64,000 bases of DNA from Blepharisma stoltei ATCC 30299 (taxonomy: Eukaryota; Protista; Ciliophora), in contig CBFDEM010000024.1 of the NCBI GenBank assembly GCA_965603825.1, positions 310,001 to 374,000 of the forward strand, read 5' to 3'. A model generated the notes under the pieces. It saw only the letters and a list, made by a program, of their open reading frames with translations. It ran no database searches and had not been told where the DNA came from. This document shows positions 12,854 through 24,311 of this stretch, one piece after another. Within the stretch, counting starts at the first letter, position 1. Each line of letters starts with the position of its first letter. The position numbers and the translations under genes were made by a program.

Positions 12854-14452
12854 TTAAGTAAACATAAAATGCTCAGGAACGTCTGTCATCATTTCCACTT
12901 CGTTATTCTCCTCACCAATTCCATAAAACTCTTCCAAAATTTTGTTAAGTTTTGGATTTCCTTCTCGTCCTCTCCTTCTCAATATTTCTTCAAAAATATC
13001 AATTCCTCCGAGTTCTTCAAATTTAGCAGCTGCAATATTTCTCCCATTTTCTTTTTTTTTCTCTCCAGCTTTCAATATATTATCAATTGCTGATATAACT
13101 ACGCTATGCAGCTTTATATCTTCAATTTCAAATGAATCGACCAAATATTCTAATACTGGAAATTGAAGCAAAGAAAGTATGGTATCAGCATCTTTGCAAT
13201 ATGTGGCATTTACAACAGCCCAAATGGCTTCTTTTTTAATTGATAAATTAGGATCTTTCATTAAGTTCACAATATCGCGAAAATAAGGCTTGCCTATGAT
13301 CATTTTGGTTTGAGCTAAAGTCCCTGCTAAGATATTGCTGAGAGTCCACAAGACTTCTTTTCTCATTTCAGTTTTCTTCTTTTGTGTAAGCATAGCACCA
13401 ATTTTATCTAAAAACCCTAGACTAATTACATACTCTGTTTGTGAGTCATTCCCTGCTGCAACATTTCCTAATATTTTTAGAGCAGAATACTGAACATCTA
13501 TAACAGGATAAGTCAGCAATTCTGTGATTCGAGGGAGAAGGCCTGTATTTACAACTTCTTCTATTTGCCCTGGGCTCCCATCAGATAAAAACACTAAAAT
13601 TTTGCAAGAATCTTCTATTATAAATTCATTATTTGTCTGGAAAAGCATAGGCAAGTAGTCTAAAACCCCATAAAACAGTTCAGGATTTGGAGAAGGCTTA
13701 AGCATTGTTAAGCATGAAATAACTCATGCAATATTTGCCATAAGTCCCATTGATATATTTTTGTCACAAATTCTGCATAATTTTTTGACACCTTTTAATT
13801 TTATTATAAGGTCTCTATCTTCTATTGAATTTGAAGCAATATTTCCTAATCCTCACACACATAATTCAACTAAAGCTAATGAATCTGAGTCTAAATTTTC
13901 TAATAAAGCATGTGCTGCGCCTTGTTCTACAAGTAAATCAGTTGTTTCTTTAGGACTATAAGCTAGATTAGTAATGCATCATGCAGCTTCTAATCGGATA
14001 TCTAAAGAAGCGGTTCTCAGTAGCTCGATAAGAACATTTGAAACTCCAGACTTAACAGCTTCTGCCAATGGTGGATTTTGATCAGCTGAGAGAATTTTTC
14101 TAAGCAGGCTCATTAACTCTTTAAGAATGTCAGGACTCTGTGGCTGCTTGATGAGATTGAAAATCATTAATGTTTTGTCATTTGGAGGAATATCAAAAGA
14201 TCCCAAAGCTGGGCATGTTTGCAAAAGAGACGGAGAATAGAAAACATTCATGACTTCTCTTGAGCCCTCGATAACAGTTGATGATACTTCTAGAGCTTCA
14301 GTTGATAAAAGCGCTCTTTTTTTAAGAGCATTTTCTGTTCTTTTCTTTTTTCTGAGTTCGACAGCACCTTCATCTCTTCTTTGAAGGAGCTTTGAATAAT
14401 CAGGGAGCTTTTGGAAGTTATTATTTCTTTGTTCTAGTCGCGTTGATATCAT
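12854..14452 (-). CDS. Importin alpha (karyopherin alpha), 532 aa, intronless
   Basis: IBB domain RRDEGAVELRKKKR. ARM repeats LEAAW(TGA)CITNL, VW(TGA)GLGNIA, KEVLWTLSNI, KKEAIWAVVN. ORFs 13979-14452 and 12854-13705 are in the same frame. Confidence 0.93.
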
Positions 14453-14501
14453 TTAATTTATTGAACTAATTATTTAAAATTTATTTTGATTAAAAATAGC
14501 A

Positions 14502-15311
14502 TTAAAATAAGAGGCAAAATAAATCTTCACATCCTCGGTTTTCGGCAAATTTTATTGCTGATTGTTTAGGGAGAATAGGGGTGTCTAATTGAATTTTTGG
14601 CTTTTGGGAAGAGTATTCGGGCTTTGTCGAGATTTTAGTAATAAGAGATTCATATTTCTTTTTATATTTTAGGTTTTCTGGATCTAATGAACAGCATTTT
14701 TCAAGTGCAGCTCTACTCTCTTTTATATATTTGCATTTTCTGAGAACCTTGCCCAATAAGAATCATACTGAGTGCTCTTCTTTATTTTTATCTAAAATTA
14801 ATAAGCATTTTTCATGTGCTTCTTTATATTTTTTCAGTTTATATAAAGAATAGGCCCATATCCTATACGGTATTTTTTTAGACCTTGACACAACGGCTCT
14901 CTCGCAAACATCATCAATATCGGCATGAAGGTCTACATAGATATTACTTTTTATCAGCATCACTTTCACAAGATGAAAATAGATGCTCGGATGGCTTGGG
15001 CTGGAGTACATATATCGCCTTAAGTATTCAATTGCCTGATCAATATTATTGAGATGATAGTGGCATAACCCTAAGTTATAGTCAATTTCTTTAAGAACGC
15101 CTACGTGGGTATATATCGATTCAAAAACCTTGATTGCTTCATAAAATTGATGGAGTTGCTGCATTGCGAGAGCCTGAGTGAAAATTACTCTGTAGTATTG
15201 GATTTCTGGATCTTGTGGAGATTCTGATGATTTTGCTAAAATGTGTTCCCAGTCTTTAGTTTCGTATAAATTTTCGAATTCAGGAATCAGATTTCGATCG
15301 TTGCCCATCAT
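14502..15311 (-). CDS. TPR-repeat protein with C-terminal CaaX (CLLF), ~264 aa; probable stop-less 15-nt intron 15174-15188
   Basis: TPR motifs YNLGLCHYHLNNIDQAIEYL and W(TGA)FLLGKVL...ALEKCCSLDPEN. gtaattttcactcag matches the intron consensus. Confidence 0.82.
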
Positions 15312-15791
15312 TATACTTTATAGTGATGATTTCTTAATAGCAAAAAATAATCTTAGGTAATTATAAATATATATAAGCTTGCTGAAACTTGTGAAAATAT
15401 CTTCATCAAATAATTGAATTTCGATTAATTTTTATTAAGTCTAATAAACTTCGATCCGTGTTCCTTAAAATATAATGCATATTTTTTACTTTAACGATTC
15501 TCCAATATTTTATTTAAGCTAAAGAAAATTTATCTCATATCAGCTTTGCTTATCAAAAATCGGTCAAGCCTTTAGTTTTTTATTCTCTAGTAAATCTATT
15601 ATCAATGGCTATCAAGAATTGAAATCTTTAATTAATGCTACTCAGAAATGTAACTTTCTGTTTATAAATATTAATTTATTAAACATAAGTTAGCTAAAGC
15701 TTTGTATGTTTGCTAAAAAAATCATTAAATGCTATTTATCATTCAGAATTTTAAAAAAATCCAAAACCAGTTTCTAATTAATTCTTTAATA

Positions 15792-17129
15792 ATGTTTGAT
15801 CTTTACAACGCATTACACACAATGCCCTCAGGTGAGCATCTTACTGCACGGAAAGCCACTAAGATGAGATTTATTCAATTAGAATCAGAACAGTTGAGAT
15901 CCTATGTTGAAGACCTGGAATCCTCCCTTTCAATTTACAAACAAATGCTCAAAGAATTGATGTTTTCCAAGCAGGGCCCAGAGAAAAGTGTTTGCGATGA
16001 GACTGAAACCCAAACAGTTGTTTCTCCAAGGGTTATTGAAACACTTATATCTGAAAAAAGAGCTTTAGAAGAAAGAGTCAGAAGAATCACAATTGAAAAA
16101 AATGATGCGGTTCATAAAGCAAGAATCAGTGAACAAAATGCATTTTCTGCCCAAGTCAGAGAAGAAAAAATTGTAGATGAATATGAAATTCAGTATAGTG
16201 AATTACTAGCAGATTCAGAAGCAAAAGAATTGCAAATAGCGGAGCTAGAAAAAAGGAACAAGGAGTTAGAAAAAGATGTTGAGCAGTTTAATATTAATAA
16301 GGAAAATCAACTTTCCATTGGAGATCAAAAATGTTTACTTTACAAGAAGATTGTCATCATGGGAAGTATTGTGAAAAAAATAAAAGAGAGATATATAAAA
16401 GCAAGCAAGGAAAATGAAGACTTAGCAAGCCAGTGCAAGCTGCTATTCATTGATTATAGCAAAGGAAATGAGCTCTTAAGAGAGCAGCAAAGAGAAATGA
16501 GTATATCAGAAATCATTGGAGGCCCAAATAGAGAAATCACCTTTACTGAATTTTTTGGCAGTAAAAGTGAAAGTCACATTGCTTCCAATTTGAACTTTGA
16601 AAAATTTGAAAAAGAATTAAAAGGTTTGGAGAAGGTAAGCAATGACAACTCACCATCCAAAAAAAGAATAATAGAACTTCAGAATAAAATTGCTAAGCTT
16701 CAAGATCAAAAAGACGAATACACTGTAAAAATAAACACAATTTCTCAAGAAGTCAACAAAGCAAAAAGACTTCAGTCAGTGTTGTTGCATGACCAGCAAA
16801 ATATCCAAAAGTCAATTGATAAGAGCAAAACAATAGAGCAGTCCTTGGATAATCAATTGAAGCAGCTTACTGTCCCTCGCTCATCTATCCAACCAAAACC
16901 TAACAACGAAGCTAAAAGGCTGATAAGGCATTGCTATGCAGCATCGAATCCGTTGGATTACGCAAAAATAAACGGAGCTTTACAATCAGTAAATGATGTA
17001 GAATCGCCTCAGTTTTTTACTCAAAATTTAGATGAGTGTGAACAAAATGAGGTTTCTGTCATCCAAAGTAAATACGTTGAAGATGAAATGCTAGGCGATA
17101 GCGTCATTCTTGATTTCTTGAAGTTGTAA
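15792..17129 (+). CDS. Coiled-coil protein of unknown function, ~445 aa
   Basis: Long heptad-rich E/K/L ORF. The likely start is ATG 15792 after an AT-rich leader (the track starts at 15729). Confidence 0.8.
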   Translation: MFDLYNALHTMPSGEHLTARKATKMRFIQLESEQLRSYVEDLESSLSIYKQMLKELMFSKQGPEKSVCDETETQTVVSPRVIETLISEKRALEERVRRITIEKNDAVHKARISEQNAFSAQVREEKIVDEYEIQYSELLADSEAKELQIAELEKRNKELEKDVEQFNINKENQLSIGDQKCLLYKKIVIMGSIVKKIKERYIKASKENEDLASQCKLLFIDYSKGNELLREQQREMSISEIIGGPNREITFTEFFGSKSESHIASNLNFEKFEKELKGLEKVSNDNSPSKKRIIELQNKIAKLQDQKDEYTVKINTISQEVNKAKRLQSVLLHDQQNIQKSIDKSKTIEQSLDNQLKQLTVPRSSIQPKPNNEAKRLIRHCYAASNPLDYAKINGALQSVNDVESPQFFTQNLDECEQNEVSVIQSKYVEDEMLGDSVILDFLKL

Positions 17130-17353
17130 TCAAACGTTCTTTATAATTAGTAATTTAACTTTATTGCTATAATTATAAAATTTATATATTAAAAATCCTC
17201 GCTTATTATTTGGCAGTTCAAACCATCATAATTTACACTTGGGATGACAGCAAATTAAGAATATTTTATCAATAATTTCACAAATAAAAGATTTCTATTT
17301 TTTTAAATGATTATATCATGTTTATATCCATTTCCAAGAAAAAGTAATTTAAA

Positions 17354-18118
17354 ATGGATCATTTAATTAATTTTACGACCCCTACTATAGCAAAAAGAAA
17401 AGAACACTCGTCCAGCCCTGTGATGAGAATCCGCACAAAAATGCAAATAAGAGCTGAACACTCCTTGAAACACCAAACACAAATACCAAACGCACAACCA
17501 CAAAATAAAGAAATTTTTGAAAAATTTAAAAAGCTTTTACAAGATATTGCAAGCGGAGGTGCTTATAAACCCTGCGGTAGAAGATCACTGAATACTCTGA
17601 AAAATCAAAGCGCAAGCAATTCACCATCCAGAAATTCTGTGAGAAATCGTTTGCTACACACATTAGGGCCTGATGATAGCGACACAGAAAATACTCTTTA
17701 TGTGAAAAGGAAAACCAAGCAGAGATATATAAAAACGAATGAACTGTACAGGCATAGCACAATATCTAATATTAAAGGAAGCAAAAGAGAGTTTAACGAC
17801 CCTTATAATATGAGTCAAAAATTAATAAAAACTTCTCAATGCAAATTGCTTCCAAAAAATCAAAATACGACTATAACAGAATCTTTAATGCAGAATTCTT
17901 TATCAGCAAGACACAATATAAGACTATGCAAAGAGTTTTCAAGTAAAACACCAAGATCAAGCACTTTATACAAAAATTTATCTAAGGAAAGATCAATCAA
18001 TAAAGAAACCCCAAGAATTTTTTATCAGCCTGCAACGAAAAAAATGAGAGTTAAGGTTTCTAAGAAGAATTTGAGATCTATATCAAACGATTTATCTGGT
18101 TGGAAAGTTGAGCTATAA
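17354..18118 (+). CDS. Hypothetical basic S/K/R-rich protein, 254 aa
   Basis: Intact ATG..TAA ORF with AT-rich flanks; no domain recognised. Confidence 0.72.
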   Translation: MDHLINFTTPTIAKRKEHSSSPVMRIRTKMQIRAEHSLKHQTQIPNAQPQNKEIFEKFKKLLQDIASGGAYKPCGRRSLNTLKNQSASNSPSRNSVRNRLLHTLGPDDSDTENTLYVKRKTKQRYIKTNELYRHSTISNIKGSKREFNDPYNMSQKLIKTSQCKLLPKNQNTTITESLMQNSLSARHNIRLCKEFSSKTPRSSTLYKNLSKERSINKETPRIFYQPATKKMRVKVSKKNLRSISNDLSGWKVEL

Positions 18119-18195
18119 AGTGAGATTATATATATTTAATTATTTAAATATATTAATTTAAAGCAACTTATATCTGCAATGCAAATAGTATTAAA

Positions 18196-19560
18196 TTATA
18201 AAATTCTGTGGTCTTCATACATACTTAATATGTAGTTATAATAATTTCGAATTTCTTGGCTTTTTTTGTCGTAGAATTGAGAAACCTTGGCAAGATATAA
18301 TGAGCAACTTAAATTGTGCATATTTATTTCCCTTAAAATATATTGTTCAGATTCTTTCATTAGCTCTCTTGCTATCTGCGTTGCTGCTTTAATACTCACT
18401 AAATTCAATTGTGCATCTCTTTTTATAGAATTTATGCACAAATTTTTCAAAGTATCATGAGCTTCAAATAATTCCTTAGAACTAGGATCTTCTTTTGCAA
18501 GCTGAAATCTTTGAATTAAGAGTTCAGCTTGAGTGATCATGTCTTCATTATTTTTCAACCAAAATCTTGCAATTGCTTTTGCTAGATTCAAATTCTTAAT
18601 TCTTTCATAAAATCCTAATAGCGAGGACAAGTAGTTACTTTCTCCGATAAAATACTCATTTGCTTGCCGAATAAAATTATTGATTATTTCAAGATTCTCT
18701 TCTCTCTCTGTTAAAATTATATAATCTTCGTCAATCGAGTCTTCTATAGTTTGTATATTTAGGGAAGGATTTAAAAATGGATGATTCTTTATATCTTCAG
18801 CACTTATTCTTTCATTAAAATCAAACGTTAACATTTTTTGGATAAGATCTTTAAGCTCGCCAGAGATTTCCCTTGGAAAATAAAGAGGCATTTTTTGCAA
18901 GTTCCTTATTTCTGTTTGTGTCTGTCCATTAAATGCACAAATCCCGAATAGGATTTCATATATAATAGCACCAAGACTCCAGATGTCGGCTTTGAAGCTG
19001 TAGCTTTCTGATTGTAAAACTTCTGGTGCCATGTATAAAGGAGTTCCTAAATAAGACTCTGTATATGAATTTGGGTTTAAAAATCTGGCAAACCCAAAGT
19101 CAGCTATTTTTAATTCAGCTTGCTCTATGTCAGGATTTGTTAGTAATATATTTGCTGGCTTTAAATCTCTATGCATTATATTAGATTTCTTCATAAAAAT
19201 GAGAGCATCTACAAGCTGTCCAAGGATTTTTTTAACAATTTCTTCATTTAAAGGACCGTTCTTTTCTACAAATTCTTCAAGGCTTCCTCCTTCGCAGCAT
19301 TCCATTACCAAATAATATTTATTCGCTGTTTTGAGGACGTCGAACAATTTGATTATGTTTGGGTTATTGCAGGCTCTCAATGCAGATACTTCTAAGAGTA
19401 ATTGATTTTTTAATCTGGGAAGTCGGTTCAATTGATATTTTTCCAGTGATTTGATAGCATAAATTTGAGAAGTAGAATTATGAATTGCTTTGTAAACCTC
19501 CCCAAAAGATCCTTTTCCAAGTCGCTTTAAAATTCTATAATTTCCTATAATTTTCGTCAT
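18196..19560 (-). CDS. Ser/Thr kinase, ULK/ATG1-like, 454 aa
   Basis: GKGSFGEV, AIK, HRDLKPANILL, KIADFGFAR, GTPLYMAPE and KADIWSLG are typical of the ULK/ATG1 family; helical C-terminal region. Confidence 0.88.
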   Translation of the reverse strand: MTKIIGNYRILKRLGKGSFGEVYKAIHNSTSQIYAIKSLEKYQLNRLPRLKNQLLLEVSALRACNNPNIIKLFDVLKTANKYYLVMECCEGGSLEEFVEKNGPLNEEIVKKILGQLVDALIFMKKSNIMHRDLKPANILLTNPDIEQAELKIADFGFARFLNPNSYTESYLGTPLYMAPEVLQSESYSFKADIWSLGAIIYEILFGICAFNGQTQTEIRNLQKMPLYFPREISGELKDLIQKMLTFDFNERISAEDIKNHPFLNPSLNIQTIEDSIDEDYIILTEREENLEIINNFIRQANEYFIGESNYLSSLLGFYERIKNLNLAKAIARFWLKNNEDMITQAELLIQRFQLAKEDPSSKELFEAHDTLKNLCINSIKRDAQLNLVSIKAATQIARELMKESEQYILREINMHNLSCSLYLAKVSQFYDKKSQEIRNYYNYILSMYEDHRIL

Positions 19561-19889
19561 TTTTATTTATAAATAAGTCTCTAATATCCGAAATAAATTT
19601 TGTAGAAAGCGAAGATGAAATTACAGATGATTAAAATATGGTTAAATTTATATATTATTTTGAATTTTATGACGTTAGAAACCAAAATTATTTCATTTTA
19701 TCTAAGCGAAATTCCGTAGAATTACCGATTTGAAATAATTATAATAAATTGTTTATAAAAATCATCTTAGAAAGAAAAAGACAACTATAGAAAATGCTCA
19801 GGAAGAGAATTGTGATGGGCTTATCTAAATAATATCCAAATAAAAAGCTGATCTCAGCAATTATTTAAATGCTATTGCTATATTATAAT

Positions 19890-20345
19890 TTAGATTATAT
19901 TATCAGATTCTTCAATTTTCCTCTGTTTAATAGCTTGTCCTTTCTCTTCTCATTCATTTTCAGTTTTTTCGTTTGTTTTTCCTTTTTGTTTCAATTTCAA
20001 TTCCTGAATTTTCAATTGCTTCCTTTCTTTTTTCTTTTTCCTTTTCATAGCCTTTTTCTTTGCTTTTTCTTCAACTGTTTTTCTATGATACTCTCTTAAT
20101 GCTTGGAATTCTTCAGCAATTTTTTGTTCTCTATGGTTAACCTCTAATAAATCTTGCCTTGCTTCTTCTCTTCTTCTTAAATTTCGATACTGATGAAAGT
20201 CTCCACTGCCAGCTCCAGCAATTGATCCTGGTAAGCTTTCAACTTTTTCTACAACAACTCTTGTTTGTATTGGCCTTCTCACTTCGTCATTTGTATACGA
20301 GGCCCCGATTATGAGTCCTTTTTTGTTTCTAATAGCAGAAGCCAT
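19890..20345 (-). CDS. PRKRIP1: PRKR-interacting protein 1 homolog (spliceosome C* factor), 151 aa
   Basis: GSIAGAGSGDFHQYRNLRRREE motif and a lysine-rich tail. TGA at 19950-19952 read as Trp extends the ORF to TAA at 19890-19892. Confidence 0.88.
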
Positions 20346-20850
20346 AATTATTATAATTTCAAAGCTTTAGTGTATTGAGAGTGTGTCAAAGAGCGTTAGA
20401 ATTTATAATTTGCTATAAAAAATTAATTAGGTCTTGATGCTTCTAATAATGTAAATATATGCGAATCCTAAACATAAATTCCATCAATCATAACGAAATT
20501 AATGGAAACAATGATAATTTGAGTAAGCCAGGTGCACAATTAAGGTATATTTTTTATTGAATCTAAGAATTGCCTATTTGAAGTTTTTATGTAATTAAAG
20601 GTAAATTTCAGCGTCAGTGATTTGTTAAATATAGAAGTATCAGAGAAAAAATATAAATAATAAAAATAGGGATATATAATGCAATCGTTAAGTGTTAAAC
20701 TTAGTGATTAATTATTGATTCCATGGCTAAATAGAAGCCATGAGTAATTCTCAATACCATCATCATTAAATATTAATTTAATTATCGAAATGGTTTAAAA
20801 ACATGAAGCATTAGTTTACACTCTTGCTCAGTAAGTTCATAATTATAAGC

Positions 20851-20890
20851 ATAGCCCAGGACGCATTATAGATCGTCCTGGGCTATAATG
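20851..20890. repeat. Perfect 13-bp GC-rich inverted repeat with 10-nt loop, plus an overlapping 8-bp alternative pairing
   Basis: ATAGCCCAGGACG(20851-63) cattatagat CGTCCTGGGCTAT(20874-86). The loop segment cattatag (20864-71) is also the reverse complement of ctataatg (20883-90). Confidence 0.9.
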
Positions 20891-20999
20891 ATAAATAAGA
20901 AGACATAATAAATAGCCGTTAATTTATTTCGAACTCTAAAATATATGATTTATAATAATCTCAGCGGAATTCCTCTACTTATTATCAATAAAATTAACA

Positions 21000-22299
21000 A
21001 TGGGAAATCTAAATTGTTCAAAATGCTGTCAAGGAATTGAACAAAAGGAAGAATTCGATATGAAACCTTCAGTAAAGCTCTAATCAGGTTCTCTTACCTT
21101 CTTATATGAATACAAAGGAAACTTTGCAGTTTGAATCCCAGCCAAAAGTTGAAAAATCCTCAAAGCTTCAAGAACTTTCCGCTATCAAAATTCAATCAAT
21201 TTGAAAATGCTATCATTATAGAAAGCAATTTATTCACCTGAAAAAAATCACACAATTAAATTATATATATTTTTCAACCGAAGAAATCCACCAAACGCTC
21301 TCATCTGCTTTATTATCTGATAATCCTGAAGTTAGGCCAAAATATACATATCCATCAGGATCTACATATGAGGGATCATGACTGGGAGGTTTCAGACATG
21401 GATATGGAGTAATGAAATGATATGATGGCTGTAGATATGAAGGATACTGGGACTTTAGCTATGCTTTTGGAGAGGGAAAATTCACTCATACAGATAATGA
21501 TATTTTTGAGGGGCCTTGGAAATGCCCTTATGAAACTGGGCGACAACCTTTTTCTTCCAATTCTCGATCATTTCTAGAAAGCATCCAAAAGGGCAAAAAA
21601 GATGGGTATTGTAAGGAATAATTAGTGTGACTGTGATATAAACAAGAAATTATTGATCAGCAAAACCATAAGGAAAGATCATCAATTTTTTCACTGAGGC
21701 ATATAAAGAGGACAAAGGATTTAATCCGAAAATATAACCAATTACAGGTGCAGCTAGATTATCCAAGAGAAATGCTAAATAAATTGATAGAAGAATTAAA
21801 GTATAAAAAATCAATAAAACTGACATCAGGTGTGAAATATATTGGGGATTGAAAAGATAATAAAAGGGATGGAAAAGGAAAAAATATCTGGGAAAATGAA
21901 GACATATATGAAGGAGAATGAAAAAATGACATGCAGAATGGGTGAGGGAAAAATGTATGAATCGATGGATCAATGTATATAGGACAGTATAAAAATAATT
22001 TAAAGGAAGGGATCGGAGAATATTGCTGGGAAGATGGAACATCTTACTTAGGAGAGTGAAAAGATAACTGTATTAATGGTATCGGCAGATATACATGGGA
22101 AGACGGAAGAGATTATTTAGGAGAATGGGTCAATGGGGCTATGCAAGGATTTGGAATTTTTACATGAAAAGATGGGAAAAAATATGAAGGAGGTTGACAT
22201 AGAGGAAAAAAGCATGGAGAAGGATACACAATTTGACCTGATGGTAGAGTTTGTAGAGACTTTTGGGAGCATAATCGAAATATCGAAAAATTTTGCTAA
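21000..22299 (+). CDS. N-acylated IQ-motif + MORN-repeat protein, ~422 aa (absent from the ORF track)
   Basis: Starts MGNLNCSKCC. Introns 21072-21087 (16 nt) and 21611-21625 (15 nt). IQ motif AIKIQSIW(TGA)KCYHYRK. MORN repeats YEGSW/YEGEW/YLGEW...HG.G with many TGA=Trp. Ends TAA at 22297-22299. Confidence 0.9.
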
Positions 22300-22599
22300 T
22301 ATAAATTTAATAATCAATTTTTCATTAAAATTAGTTTGAACAATTTGCTCTTTATACTACTTTATAATATATGAATAAATAAAAGCTCTAAGTAGTTACA
22401 CAATATCTCAATAGCCAACAATTTTAATCAGGAAAATGCTTAGAAAGAAAATTTTCATATAAATAAAATGTAATCTATTACTCATTTATAGAGTCAGCTA
22501 TTATTCTTAAAATTTCTAGTCTTGGCCATTCTTTTACATTTTTCCTCCCTAATTTATTTCCTTAAAAATTTTGTATAATAATTAGCTCTACACATAAAA

Positions 22600-23376
22600 A
22601 TGCAGCAAGCATCTAATCAAGCTAAGCAAAGACTAAACCCTCAATCGCCAACAAAACCCCAAATGCATGATCATACAATTGATAGAGGCTTTATTTATGA
22701 TATTACAAAAACCAACTCATCTAATCAATCTTGGGAAGAAATTAAAGTGACTTTCGTGAAGCCAGACCACACAAGCTTTTCAGAGTATCTAGTATTTGAT
22801 AAAACTCAAGAAGATCTGAATGAATCTATTGAAGAAGTGATGAACTGCATTTCTGAAAGTCTTTATGAAACTGACAGACAAATTTTAGTTTCCTATTTAT
22901 CCGACATTATGCGATTAGGCACCATAAAGAAAGATAAAGACATCCTATCAAGTTCCAGTAAAAGTGCAAGAGACATTGAATACGATGAGAAAAATGCTGA
23001 AATTGCTAAATCTTTTTATTCTGGAATAAATCGAGAAGCAGTTTCAAAAGAGATTAAGAAGCACATCAACTGAATAACTATTGAAGAAAAAGAAGACACA
23101 GTCAATCAAGCTTTTGAATTAATAAGAGCTCAAAAGCTGCAGCTGCAAATAGAACTTCATGATATCTTTATAAATGAGCGTGAAACAAAAAGAAAGACAC
23201 CATTTAAAACTCCTGGAGAAACTGATGACAAAAATTGTGGGGAAATTGAAAAGAGATTAGAAGAAATTATAAATAGGCGAGAAGCAAACAATGAGTCAAA
23301 GACAGAAGTTAAGCATAGCAGCTGCTTAGGGAAAGGTCCAGAGTGGTTTAATGCATGCCAATGTGCAATTATATAA
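22600..23376 (+). CDS. Hypothetical protein with C-terminal CaaX (CQCAII), 258 aa
   Basis: ORF 22600-23073 continues through TGA to TAA at 23374-23376, ending ...NACQCAII. Confidence 0.78.
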
Positions 23377-23433
23377 TTATCAGTCTCATTAATATAATAT
23401 TTGTATACAATCGTTTTGAAAAATATTGATAAA

Positions 23434-24270
23434 ATGGAAGGATTAAAAAGGATTGCTATCTCTCAAATGCGCTCTTCTACAAACATATCTCAAAACGCTG
23501 AAACCATAAGATCACATATACAATATGCTAAGGAAAACGGAGCTCTCATGGCTTTTTTCCCTGAAAATTTCAATTTTTTAGGCCGATTAGGTAGCTCAGT
23601 TCAGCATGCACAACCTCTAAATGGCCCTTATATGGAATATTATAAGCAGCTAGCCAGAGAATTTTCTATATGGCTATCACTAGGAGGATTTCAAGAAAGT
23701 GTCCCAGAAACTGCAGAAAAAGTATTTAATTCGCATATCATTATAAATGATTCAGGCGAAATCATAGCAAATTATCATAAACTGCATTTATTTGACGTTC
23801 ACGTTAATGAAACCCCACTTCTTGAAAGCATCGCAGTTAAAGCAGGCTCAGAAATTCATCCTCCAGTAGATTCTCCAGCAGGAAAACTAGGGTTAACTAT
23901 TTGCTATGATTTAAGATTTCCTGAACTCTATAGAAATTTAGCCTTGCAAGGAGCCCAAGTTTTACTAGTACCAGCAGCCTTTTTGGAAGTCACTGGAAGA
24001 GCACATTGGGAAGTTTTATTAAGAGCAAGAGCTATTGAAAATGGCTGCTTTGTCATTGCAAGTGCTCAAGAAGGCCATCACGACTGCGGAAGAGATTCTT
24101 ATGGGCATTCATTAGCAATTGATCCTTGGGGGACTATTATTGCAGATGGTGAATTAGGAGAAAAGGTTTTATTGGTCGACATTGATTTGTCACTGATAGA
24201 AAAAACCCGGAGAAAACTTCCTACATTAAGCCATGTAAGATCAGATGTTTATTATCAAAGAAATAAATAA
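23434..24270 (+). CDS. NIT1: Nitrilase-superfamily deaminated glutathione amidase (Nit1-like), 278 aa
   Basis: E-K-C triad motifs FFPEN, YHKLHLFD, ICYDLRFPE; also TGRAHWEVLLRARAIE and SYGHS..IDPWG. The ATG start is at 23434. Confidence 0.92.
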   Translation: MEGLKRIAISQMRSSTNISQNAETIRSHIQYAKENGALMAFFPENFNFLGRLGSSVQHAQPLNGPYMEYYKQLAREFSIWLSLGGFQESVPETAEKVFNSHIIINDSGEIIANYHKLHLFDVHVNETPLLESIAVKAGSEIHPPVDSPAGKLGLTICYDLRFPELYRNLALQGAQVLLVPAAFLEVTGRAHWEVLLRARAIENGCFVIASAQEGHHDCGRDSYGHSLAIDPWGTIIADGELGEKVLLVDIDLSLIEKTRRKLPTLSHVRSDVYYQRNK

Positions 24271-24311
24271 ATTTATAGTCTACGGTTAGGGTAATAAAGC
24301 TCCTGTACGAA

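Noticed and set aside
21650-22339. Track ORFs 21650-22042(-), 22117-22317(-) and 22133-22339(+)
   Set aside because: They are shadow frames of the IQ-MORN gene 21000-22299.
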